From contig JAUCBJ010001767.1 in assembly GCA_032718475.1 (NCBI GenBank), forward strand, positions 1 to 37,638: DNA of 37,638 bases. Direction: 5' to 3'. The notes under the pieces were generated by a model. The model made no database searches. It saw only the letters and a list, made by a program, of their open reading frames with translations, and was not told the origin of the DNA. Origin of the DNA: Nemertoderma westbladi (taxonomy: Eukaryota > Animalia > Xenacoelomorpha). Below, one piece after another: positions 22,573 to 33,960 of the stretch. Position 1 is the stretch's first letter, and every line of letters starts with the position of its first letter. A program made the translations under genes and the position numbers.

Positions 22573-24390
22573 ACCCACACAGTACCCAGCAGATTACAGG
22601 AGGACCACCCACACACTACCCAGCAGATTACAGGAGGGCCACCCACACAGTACACATCAGGATTACAGGAGGGCCACCTACACAGTACCCAGTAGATTAC
22701 AGGAGGACCACCCACACAGTACCCTGCAGATTACAGAAGGACCACCCACACAGTACACATCAGGATTACAGGAGGGCCACCCACACATTACCCAGCAGAT
22801 TACAGGAGGACCACCCACACAGTACCCAGCAGATTACAGAAGGACCACCCACACAGTACACATCAGGATTACAGGAGGGCCACCCACACAGTACCCTGCA
22901 GATTACAGGAGGGCCACCCACACAGTACCCAGCAGATTACAGGAGGGCCACCCACACAGTACCCAGCTGATTACAGGAGGGCCACCCACACAGTACACAT
23001 CAGGATTACAGGAGGGTCACCCACACAGTACCCAGCAGATTACAGGAGGGCCACCCACACAGTACCCAGCAGATTACAGGAGGGCCACCCACACAGTACA
23101 CATCAGGATTACAGGAGGGCCACCCACACAGTACCCAGCAGATTACAGAAGGACCACCCACACAGTACCAAGTAGATTACAAGAGGACCACCCATACAGT
23201 ACACAGCAGATTACAGGAGGGCCACCCACACAGTACACATCAGGATTACAGGAGGGCCACCCACACAGTACCCAGTAGATTACAGGAGGACCACCCACAC
23301 AGTACACATCAGGATTACAGGAGGGCCACCCACACATTACCCAGCAGATTACAGAAGGACCACCCACACAGTACACATCAGGATTACAGGAGGGCCACCC
23401 ACACAGTACCCAGTAGATTACAGGAGGGCCACCCACACAGTACACATCAGGATTACAGGAGGGCCACCCACACAGTACCCAGCAGATTACAGGAGGACCA
23501 CCCACACAGTACCCAGCAGATTACAAGAGGACCACCCACACAGTACACATCAGGATTACAGGAGGGCCACCCACACAGTACCCAGCAGATTACAGGAGGA
23601 CCACCCACACAGTACCCAGCAGAATACAGGAGGGCCACCCACACAGTACACATCAGGATTACAGGAGGGCCACCCACACAGTACCCAGCAGACTACAGGA
23701 GGGCCACCCACACAGTACCCAGCAGATTACAAGAGGACCACCCACACAGTACCCAGCAGGATTACAGGAGGACCACCCACACATTACCCAGCAGACTACA
23801 GGAGGGCCACCCACACAGTACCCAGTAGATTACAGGAGGACCACCCACACAGTACCCAGCAGATTACAGGAGGGCCACCCACACAGTACACATCCGGATT
23901 ACAGGAGGGCCACCCACACAGTACACATTAGGATTACAGGAGGACCACCCACACATTACCCAGCAGACTACAGGAGGGCCACCCACACAGTACCCAGCAG
24001 ATTACAGGAGGACCACCCACACAGTATCCAGCAGATTACAGGAGGACCACCCACACAGTAGGCCTACCCAGCAGATTACAAGAGGACCACCCACACAGTA
24101 CCCAGTAGATTACAGGAGGACCACCCACACAGTACCCAGCAGATTACAGGAGGGCCACCCACACAGTACACATCCGGATTACAGGAGGACCACCCACACA
24201 TTACCCAACAGATTACAGGAGGACCACCCACACAAAACCCAGCAGATTATAGGAGGACCACCCACACAGTACCCAGCAGATTACAGGAGGACCACCCACA
24301 CAGTACACATCAGGATTACAGGAGGGCCACCCACACAGTACAAATCCGGATTACAGGAGGACCACCTACACAGTACACATCAGGATTACA
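22573..24390 (+). repeat. 34/35-bp satellite, array 2 (about 53 units)
   Basis: Same units as array 1; a copy of its last 1.8 kb. Confidence 0.97.
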
Positions 24391-25409
24391 ACAGTCTGCT
24401 GTGCTATTATTCATGTAATACAGTATTTCGTTTTGATTGAGGAAAAAAGAAATAAATTCAATAATTCAATTTAATAAAAAAATTCCTACTGACTGAGACT
24501 AGCCGTCATTCACCGCTGCCATGAAGGAAACATAAGTGATAAAATCAACAGTCAGGCAGTTTAATATTAAATCAATTAGATAGGTCAGTAAAATAATAAA
24601 TGATATCGGCCAGAGTTTAAACAGTTAATTCGCCACACCAAAACCACCCGTGCAATTTCCGTGACTTCCTGAACCCAATATTAATAAACTAAATCACCCA
24701 TAACAAAATGCAAAGAAAATACAACCCCCCAAGCGGTTGTGACACACCAACAATTAATTACCAGATTGACTGATAGCGAACAATGTCCCTAACAACATCC
24801 CATGCTGTACAAGGCGAATAATAAGCCAAGGTGAGAACGTTAACAGCTATGAATGGTTGGTTAGAGCAATAGTCGCATCAGCCAATAGGAAACTACTATA
24901 GCTATAGCTATGGTTACAGGGAAACCCCCTACAATAATTATTATGACACACCCACACCACAGGGTACAACAAACGTATAGGCACAACATATAATTAATAA
25001 GGCCCAACTAACCAAAAACATCCAACCAATCACTTTACGGGGTGTCGACGCGTTACGGCTAATGTCGCGTTACGGCTAATTTTTTGAGAGATTCGCCGTA
25101 ACGCGACTTTCAAAGTCGCGTTACGGCTAATTGTCGCGTTACGGTCTATTGTCTTGGTTTTACATAGGGAATCATTATCAATATTATTCTATGGTGTTTA
25201 CGTACAGATGAGGTCCGAAAAATGTAATTCAATGTTTTACAGCATGGGAGTCTCCGGGGGGGGGGGGGGGGGGGGGGATTTTACCAGCTTTCATACTGTT
25301 TGTTCTTCGACAACCTCACATTCAATATAATATTGTATTCTATGGTATTCTTAGTCACAGCCCCAAGCACAGGTACCGAATACAGCCAATAATACCAGTC
25401 GAAGAAGCA

Positions 25410-25757
25410 ATGAGTGGTTTTGTGGAACATATTCCACTACTTCATATCGATGTTGTTAACCAACGCCTGGCTCGCTACTTGGACCATATGGCGTTCTGTT
25501 TGGGGACTGACAAGCAGGCAATTGCCGTCCTTCCAGCCGCCGATCACCCAGTTGAAAGTCCAGCTGCATTGGGAGGGGGTGGTGATCCCGATTGGCATGT
25601 TGGTGTATTGAACCACCCGACCCCTTCCCGGCTGCTGAACTATTTCTTCCCAACCCAACCCCGACCACCCCTACCCGTGGCCGAACCATTCCAACCCAAC
25701 CCACCAACGAACCAAATGCCACACGCGGGCGATGACTGGTTAATTCAAGAGCTATAG
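25410..25757 (+). other. GC-richer ORF of 115 aa, possibly a transposon-derived coding remnant
   Basis: ATG-initiated ORF with higher GC than its flanks, about 260 bp downstream of the subterminal-like repeats. No domain is firmly recognised. Confidence 0.25.
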
Positions 25758-26462
25758 TTTTAGATACTTTTGATTTGATTATTATAATGATACAGTAAAT
25801 TCAAAGTGCAATATTTCGGCAAAATACTGATACAGGTATACTTTCGACCAATTTATCTATAACTCAAAATCCGAGAATTACCCCCCCCCCCCCCCCCCTG
25901 TCGCCGACCTCCCAGTCACTGTAACTGGAATCGGACTCATAAATGTACGTAAATGATCTTGCTATTTTTGGAGATTCAATTCGTGATATTCAGCAAGCAC
26001 TGGATAAACTATTATATATAGTTGGAAAACATATTGTGATTAAAAAGAGATAGTGATAACTCGATAACAAAAAGCGATCTCGCTTAAAGCACTTAAGAAG
26101 GAATTATCATATTAAACAGAATTAGCGTAGGGTAGGTTGACCTCAGGTGACTAATGAAATGAACAATGTACAACAGATCTCGCCAAGTCATTTTCAGATT
26201 TGAAGTCCTCATTAAATTCTGCTCTAATTCCGTAGCATGCAGCCAATGATGACAAAACAACGTAAGTAACTTGGTGAAATTTCAATTTTGAATTTCGCGC
26301 CTTTTCTGCTAATACTGTAGTAAAAAACCGTCAAAAGAAATAAATTTCAATGAAACCGTAAGTGCGTTTTGTATTGCACTGCCGGATCTTTTTCCGTTGT
26401 AACATATACACCATGTCCCGTAATATAGTGTCATTTTCAGATAACACGGACCCCCCCCCCCC

Positions 26463-26815
26463 AGATTTTTCTACAAATCTTTATCATATTGCTTGAAATT
26501 TGAAACACAACTAGTTCCACTCTTGCAATCTTTGAACGCCTATATCTCAGCTGTTTCTCAACGAAATTCAGATATTGTTACATATTTGGAATCTTTGCAA
26601 CGCAAGCTTTTTAATGATAGGAAAAAATTACGACTAATGTGAAGAATGGCTACGATACAGAGGGTGCGAGTTAGCAAAAGACACTTTTTTAAAACGCTTA
26701 TAAAAAAATTTAAAGGCAAAATCGAAAATTCCGGCTTCATGGGGTCATCGACGGTGAGTGGAACTAGTTGTGTTTCAAATTTCAAGCAATATGATAAAGA
26801 TTTGTAGAAAAATCT
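26463..26815. repeat. 60-bp perfect inverted repeat with a 233-bp spacer
   Basis: AGATTTTTCTACAAATC...CTAGTTCCACTC (26463-26522) is the exact reverse complement of 26756-26815. Confidence 0.9.
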
Positions 26816-27024
26816 TTATCGCGATCCTTTCAGCGATCCATTATGGTGTGGTATTTTTACATGAATCCTATCTCAGATTTGAACGCTATCACCTATTTAT
26901 TATATATAAGAAACATCTTTCCAATAATGATCACCAGTTACCGGTAACTTTAAGATTTATGAACAGAATTGATATGGGTGTTTAGGAGATGTTTGTAGCG
27001 GAATTCTTTATGACAATATTCGCA

Positions 27025-29262
27025 CTAATGTTTGATATCTTTATGTATAGAGTCGACATGTTGTTTTAGTTCGTATTTTCTAGCAAATGATTTTCCACAA
27101 TCAAAACAGTTGTACTTGATATCTTTATGTATAAAGTCGACATGTCGTTTTAGGTGGTGTTTGTAACTGAATTCTTTATTACAATAACCGCACTTATGTT
27201 CGATATGTTTATGGATAGAGTCGACATGTTGTTTTAGTTTGTATTTTCTAGCAAATGATTTTCCACAATCAAAGCAGTTGTACTTGATATCTTTATGGGA
27301 GTAGTTGATATGGGTGTTTAGGTGGTGTTTGTAACTGAATTCTTTATGACAATATCCACACTTATGTTTGATATCTTTATGTATAGAGTCGACATGTCGT
27401 TTTAGTTTGGCTTTTGTAGCAAATGATTTTCCACAATCAGAACAGTTGTACTTGATATCTTTATGAAAGTAGTTCACATGGGTGTTTAGACTCATTTGCT
27501 GGCTGAATTCTTTATTACAATAAACGCACTTATGTTTGATATCTTTATGTATAGAGGTGACATGTCGTTTTAGTTTGGCTTTTGTAGCAAATGATTTTCC
27601 ACAATCAGAACAGTTGTACTTGATATCTTTATGAAAGTAGTTCACATGGGTGTTTAGATTCCCTTGCTGACTGAATTCTTTATTACAATAACCGCACTTA
27701 TGCTTGATATTTTTATGTATAGAGTCGACATGTTGTTTTAGGTCGGCTTTTGTAGCAAATGATTTTCCACAATCAAAGCAGTTGTACTTGATATCTTTAT
27801 GGGAGTAGTTGATATGGGTGTTTAGGTGGTGTTTGTAACTGAATTCTTTATTACAATATTCGCATTTATGTTTAACATATTTATGAATAGAGTTGACATG
27901 CAGTTTTAAAGCGTCTTTTTTACCAAATGATTTTCCACAATGAAAACAATTGTACTTGATATCTTTATGAATGTAGTTCACATGGATGTTTAGATTCCTT
28001 TGCCGGCTGAATTCTTTATGACAATAATCGCACTTATGTTTGATATCTTTATGTATAGAGTCGTCATGATGTTTTAGTTCGGCTTTTGTAATAAATGACT
28101 TTCCACAATCCGAGTAGCTATACTTGATGATACCTTTGTGGACAAAGTTAACGTGGGTGTCTAGACAGCCTTGATAACTGAATTCTTTATGACAATAACT
28201 GCAATTATATTTAATTCCTTTATGAAAGCTATTATAACTGCAATTATCTTTAATTCCTTTATGAAAGCTATTGACATGGGTGTTTAGATTCCTTTGCAAG
28301 CTGAATTCCTTATTACAATAATCGCACTTATGTTTTATATCTTTGTGAACGGATTCGATATGTTGTTTTATGTCGGCTTTTCCAGCAAATGATTTTCCAC
28401 AATCAAAACAGTTGAACTTGATATCTTTATGGGAGTAGTTCACATGGGTGTTTAGATTCGATAGCTGACTGAATTCTTTATTACAATAACCGCACTTATG
28501 TTTGATATCTTTATGTTTAGAGTCGATATGATAGTTTAGTTCGGATTTTGTAGCAAATGATTTTCCGCAATCGGTGCAGCTATACTTGATGATACCTTTG
28601 TGGACAAAGTTAATATGGGTGTTTAGCCTGCCTTGCTGACTGAATTCCTTATGACAATAACCGCACTTATGTTTGATACCTTTATGGGTAGCGTCAATAT
28701 GGTACTTTACATAATTTTTGCGTGTAAACAATTTCTCACAATAATCGCATTTATACTTATTCTTTCCGTCATTGTGAACGGATTCTATATGTCTCTCTAA
28801 AATTCCTTTGTTATTAAATAATTCATTGCAATGCAAAGAGGATGTGGTTTCTGAAGAAGATACTAACTCCCCAACAGTTTCATTAGAACTACCGGACTCT
28901 GTTGTTGCACAACTGATTGTCGGTTCTGTAACTTCAGTTTCAATAGGCCTACCATAAGAACAGCATGGGCTGTCGTATTCCAGTTTTTCAACAATAAAAG
29001 AATCTTCAGATGGTTCATATGAAATATCTTCGTCATCTAGTAAAGGGACAACATCTACTCTACCGAACAAATTGTTGTGATCTTCGATGGGAGATGGCCC
29101 GTGAACGCAGTTCTCTTGTTTAACATCAAGAGAATAGGGGGTGGAGTTGTTTTGTTGTTCTGTTGGTTCTTTCTTTATGATTATAAAGTCAGTTTGTTCT
29201 CTCTTTATAACTATATCGGCGCCAGATGATTTCTCTTTCAATAAATTAATATGTTTATCCAT
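27025..29262 (-). CDS. C2H2 zinc-finger protein B (745 aa from ATG 29262; 21 finger units, 19 intact)
   Basis: Alternating CxYCxKEFS...LNTHxNxxH and CxDCGKSFA...LKxHVDSIH fingers. The N-terminus is closely similar to gene A. The ATG was chosen by alignment to A. Confidence 0.9.
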   Translation of the reverse strand: MDKHINLLKEKSSGADIVIKREQTDFIIIKKEPTEQQNNSTPYSLDVKQENCVHGPSPIEDHNNLFGRVDVVPLLDDEDISYEPSEDSFIVEKLEYDSPCCSYGRPIETEVTEPTISCATTESGSSNETVGELVSSSETTSSLHCNELFNNKGILERHIESVHNDGKNKYKCDYCEKLFTRKNYVKYHIDATHKGIKHKCGYCHKEFSQQGRLNTHINFVHKGIIKYSCTDCGKSFATKSELNYHIDSKHKDIKHKCGYCNKEFSQLSNLNTHVNYSHKDIKFNCFDCGKSFAGKADIKQHIESVHKDIKHKCDYCNKEFSLQRNLNTHVNSFHKGIKDNCSYNSFHKGIKYNCSYCHKEFSYQGCLDTHVNFVHKGIIKYSYSDCGKSFITKAELKHHDDSIHKDIKHKCDYCHKEFSRQRNLNIHVNYIHKDIKYNCFHCGKSFGKKDALKLHVNSIHKYVKHKCEYCNKEFSYKHHLNTHINYSHKDIKYNCFDCGKSFATKADLKQHVDSIHKNIKHKCGYCNKEFSQQGNLNTHVNYFHKDIKYNCSDCGKSFATKAKLKRHVTSIHKDIKHKCVYCNKEFSQQMSLNTHVNYFHKDIKYNCSDCGKSFATKAKLKRHVDSIHKDIKHKCGYCHKEFSYKHHLNTHINYSHKDIKYNCFDCGKSFARKYKLKQHVDSIHKHIEHKCGYCNKEFSYKHHLKRHVDFIHKDIKYNCFDCGKSFARKYELKQHVDSIHKDIKH

Positions 29263-30648
29263 TATCAAATCTTCATTAAGTATTAATCGATAAATTAAAT
29301 ACAGGTGGCAGTAGTTTAATGTATATCACGCTCGTCTCTATTATAAATTTCAAGCGACTCAATTATAATTAGTAATGAGTTCGTTCAAAACTTGCATCTC
29401 GCTGTGTAACGGAAAAGAGCAGGTTATAGTCACAGTAACAAAACAAGCAAATGGAACCAAAACAAAAATAACAATACATCAATTTGCTGTACCCGCCAAG
29501 CGTAGTAGTTTGAATTAGGGTTGGAACTGATCCCAAACGTAATTGGAGCATTTGGTAAATGAGATTATTTATTGAGGACTAATATAATATAGAAACGCGA
29601 CAACAACTAATTAAGAGACGCATGATAAACTGAAAGTATTTAACACAAGGCACAAACGGATAAGATAACAATTCAAACATATAATCCGGTAAAAATATAC
29701 TGCCTCCTAAACAACAGACATGTTTAGAAAACCGTGATAACGATTTTCACAAAATCACAAATTTAATGTAAAAAAGGTAAGTAGGCCTAGATAAAAAGCT
29801 CGGTATCTGTAAGACCGACCGAGTGGTGTAAAAACATGCAAATTTATAACACCAACATCTCGGAAATTTCTTGATAACATTAAGATATTTTCACAGAGTT
29901 CACGGTTAATTTTTATATTAAAAGGCTTATTTATACCGGTATGTGACAGGGAAGAGGACACATTGAAACAGAGTCAGGGCCAAACCAGCAAAGGTAATTG
30001 AAAATAAATAGAAATATAAGTAATTTTAAATATGTATCTTAACATTTTTACACATGCAGCCCATCTACTTACTCCAGGTATTGTTTGATCTATTTATATT
30101 TTTCTATAAATAATAATAACAGTATAAAAAACAATACAAAAGTACTAAAAGTACAGTACAAAACTGTCATAACTTCTGAACTAATCAGGTACCGGTACCA
30201 GTACGATTCGAGAGTACAGGTTTTAGGTGATTTATTAAATATATTATTAGTATAGGCGATTCACTTACAGACACAATGTGCTCGGACGTACTGGGAACTA
30301 CGTACGTCGCGTTTGTATGAAACTGCGAAAGTTCCTATGCAGCAAACTTCGCCCGCGGCCAATCTTCGCCAGAGCAAACTCTTTGGAACTTCATTAATTA
30401 ACTAAACTACCGCTACCTCATACTGTAGTTAAACAATAACTCAACTTAAAACTTAAACAAAAAAGTTATAGTGTAGCTCATTATGAGACTGTATCCTGTT
30501 CTATGATTCCCAATTACAGTTTTGGTTATAGTTACAAGCCACTGTAAGTAAACTCTTTACCAGTCTTTACCAGTACTTAACCAGTATTTGAATTTTGAAA
30601 GTGTCTACAGACACTAAATCGGTCATTGCGGTTCAAATGAGTCTAAGG

Positions 30649-31382
30649 ATAATGCTTTGGTTATAATATGTAACCAAATGTATAATAATGCTTTGGTTAT
30701 AATATGTAACCAAATGTATAATAATGGTTTGGTTATAATATGTAACCAAATGTATAATAATGGTTTGGTTATAATATGTAACCAAATGTATAATAATGGT
30801 TTGGTTATAATATGTAACCAAATGTATAATAATGGTTTGGTTATAATATGTAACCAAATGTATAATAATGGTTTGGTTATAATATGTAACCAAATGTATA
30901 ATAATGGTTTGGTTATAATATGTAACCAAATGTATAATAATGGTTTGGTTATAATATGTAACCAAATGTATAATAATGCTTTGGTTATAATATGTAACCA
31001 AATGTATAATAATGGTTTGGTTATAATATGTAACCAAATGTATAATAATGGTTTGGTTATAATATGTAACCAAATGTATAATAATGCTTTGGTTATAATA
31101 TGTAACCAAATGTATAATAATGGTTTGGTTATAATATGTAACCAAATGTATAATAATGCTTTGGTTATAATATGTAACCAAATGTATAATAATGCTTTGG
31201 TTATAATATGTAACCAAATGTATAATAATGGTTTGGTTATAATATGTAACCAAATGTATAATAATGGTTTGGTTATAATATGTAACCAAATGTATAATAA
31301 TGGTTTGGTTATAATATGTAACCAAATGTATAATAATGGTTTGGTTATAATATGTAACCAAATGTATAATAATGGTTTGGTT
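30649..31382. repeat. 36-bp palindromic minisatellite, about 20 units
   Basis: Unit AATAATG(G/C)TTTGGTTATAATATGTAACCAAATGTAT with the internal dyad TTTGGTTA/TAACCAAA. Confidence 0.97.
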
Positions 31383-32552
31383 CACCAAACTTAAGGATAT
31401 CAGGAATGAGGAGAACCACAAAACCGCATCAGTTCTAACCTTCCATTCAAGTGTGGCGCCCCTTGAACTTAATTTGAGGTACCTGCATACATTTCATAAA
31501 TAAATAGATAGATAGAATAAATAGAGATATATTATATAGATAAATAAATAGATAGAACCACCATACTGATCTTTTCACTAATTGGATAGGCTAATTAGCG
31601 GGTAGACATTGCCTGCGGCGAAGATTTTGCACCTAGACTCAACGCCAACATTAAAAGTTGCTGTCGCATTGGGATAAACTATAAAGGTGTCAATCATGTT
31701 ACGGAACAAAATAGAGATTGGGAAAGTTCTAAATAAGGAAAACAACAATGAAAAAATGATCAGCAGCAGGATATTATTTAGTTATTGCTTAGAATCAGCA
31801 AGTATAAATATGTAAATATTTAATGTACTCCTATGAAATCATACAGACACAGGGAAAACTCTAGATACTACAAAGACTGTTCAAGACACTTCAAAGAAAA
31901 ACAAGGATAGTGGAGTGCAATTATATTAATAGTCACTAGTCTAGTCAGATAGTTACTCAAAGAAATATAACCTATAAACATTGTAAGCGAAAACATGGGA
32001 GCAGTAATGAGACGATTAAAAAAAGTTGTGGTATGTAATTTTTGTGATAAGAAGTACCGACAATGGGTACTCGGGAATTTCCGGTTTGGGAGGCACTGAA
32101 ACGCTAAAAAACGCATGTGTCTAAAACACTTGTCTGCTGGGAAAACACTTAGAAGATTTTTCTCATATTCATTTCTACATTGTCTATATATGAAAAGACT
32201 GATATTTTTCTCTAAATTCTCAGTTTCCTCGGGAAAACACCGGGAAAAAATACGGGAAATTTTTTTCACAATCTTTAGCCTATTCAACATTTTTCTATCG
32301 TATTATTACCACGTAGGCCTACTGCATCGTACCGCTATGTATGAAAAGGGGAAATAGCGGAAAAAAAGACTGGAAAAGTTTTCTCCAAAATTGTAAAGAT
32401 ATTATATTTTAGAGTTTTCTCAATCAATATTATTATTATAAATAACCTGATAACAGCATAATCTGCCAGTCTGAGCTGAGTATAATAATAAAAATACCGG
32501 TACGAGTATAAAACAATACAAAGCATGCAAATTAATTTACCATTTTTTTTAG

Positions 32553-32695
32553 GGAAAGGAGCAGGTTACATAGGCAGGATTTTCTAACCAAAACAATAAA
32601 CGACCACTTTATCAATTGTGGGAAAGGAGCAGGTTGCAGAGGAGGGCTTTTCTAACCAAAACAATAAACGATCACTTTACAAATTAAGGGAAACC
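32553..32695 (+). repeat. Tandem dimer of about 70 bp with a dispersed copy near 8133-8177
   Basis: GGAGCAGGTT...TTTTCTAACC...ACAATAAACGA occurs twice here and once at 8133. Confidence 0.7.
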
Positions 32696-33088
32696 TTATG
32701 TTCAGACAATCAGTAGAAAAAATGTTAATGAAAAAAAAATTGTAAAAATTGTTTCATAAAATACAAGCGGTAGGCCTACCGTATATATATAAATATATAT
32801 ATAAGCAGATAAGTGTTTTAAGGGACAGTCAGACGGTCCCCAAAGCAGCAAAGTAACAATCAGACAATACCCGCGGTAGTTATTACAGGTACTGCAGCCA
32901 ACATGAGTCCTGTCAGTGTGTGTGGTCTGAGACGTTGAAATTGAAGTTTTTTATTAACATCGTACATAACAATAACATAAACAGCATATTAAAAACCGGT
33001 ATATGGAAATTGTATGTTTTAAAAATAAAGCAACCAACATAATATTGAAGTATTGTACAGAACAATGTTAGGGATAGCCCCATGAGGT

Positions 33089-33960
33089 CCTGTTTGGAAT
33101 TCATGCTGCAAAACTCGGATGCGTACCTGCGAAAATGACTGCAAACCAGATGCGCGTTGCGCGTTTGGATGAGACAGGTCCGCGTTTGGGTGAGACAGGT
33201 GTGCGTTCGGGTGAGACAGGTGCGCGTTGCGCGTTTGGGTGAGACAGGTGCGCGGTTTGGTGAGACAGGTGCGCGTTCGGGTGAGACAGGTGCGCGTTGC
33301 GCCTCAGTGCGCAGCTCTGATGCGCGCCACAAATTAATTGAAATCACGAAAATACACAAAAAAATTTCGCTCGCTTTGCTCGCGTTATTTCTCATTTCCA
33401 ATTCTTCAAACTGTCAAATCATTTCTCCATAATACTGTAATACTGTACAGGCAACCGGAGCTGAATTTGTCTATTTATTTCAACTACAGTGACAGTACTC
33501 TATTGTTATTAGGCCTATGCCTATCAGCCTATTGCCTATGTTACGTTAGTAAACAGGTAAAGTCAGAAAGTAACAATGTATTATAAGTATGACTTAACTA
33601 TTGCATATTTATTCAAATTTTATACAGTAGAGTAATGTATTTTCAAATGTAAATGTAGTGGATTCAAAAAATATTTTTTAATATTAACAATTTTGATGTT
33701 GCAAAAATTACATGTATTATGTAGATTCAACGTACAGACAGACAGCCGTACTAAGATAAGCTTAAAACGCTCAAAGCTGTAAAATAGGAATGTAAAATTG
33801 TTCATATGACCTGCACGATTTTTTGAGATATGCATGACATGAGCTGCGCGATTTTGTATGGATGATGACAGATGAGGTGCGCGACGAGTCAATTTCAGGT
33901 GCGCGGTGATCTCATAACAACAAAGCGTACCTGCGCGCTCATGCATGAATTCCAACCTGG
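33089..33960. mobile_element. Non-autonomous DNA transposon (hAT-like), family X copy 1
   Basis: 18-bp TIR CCAGGTTGGAATTCATGC (left copy has 2 mismatches). The 8-bp TSD CATGAGGT lies at 33081-33088 and 33961-33968. Internal GGTGAGACAGGTGCGCGTT repeats. Confidence 0.9.

Larger units (their letters stand above)
19670..25478 (+). repeat. 2.9-kb tandem duplication (19670-22574 / 22573-25478)
   Basis: Unique block 21487-22574 recurs at 24391-25478 (offset 2904). The diagnostic satellite variants recur at the same offset. The junction shows AC microhomology. Confidence 0.95.

Noticed and set aside
16727-24390. CRISPR array
   Set aside because: The units are contiguous with no unique spacers, there are no cas genes, and the context is eukaryotic.
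30633-31421. Paired 262-aa and 245-aa ORFs on opposite strands
   Set aside because: They are a by-product of a 36-bp (multiple of three) tandem repeat. It is also not CRISPR despite the palindromic unit, because there are no spacers.
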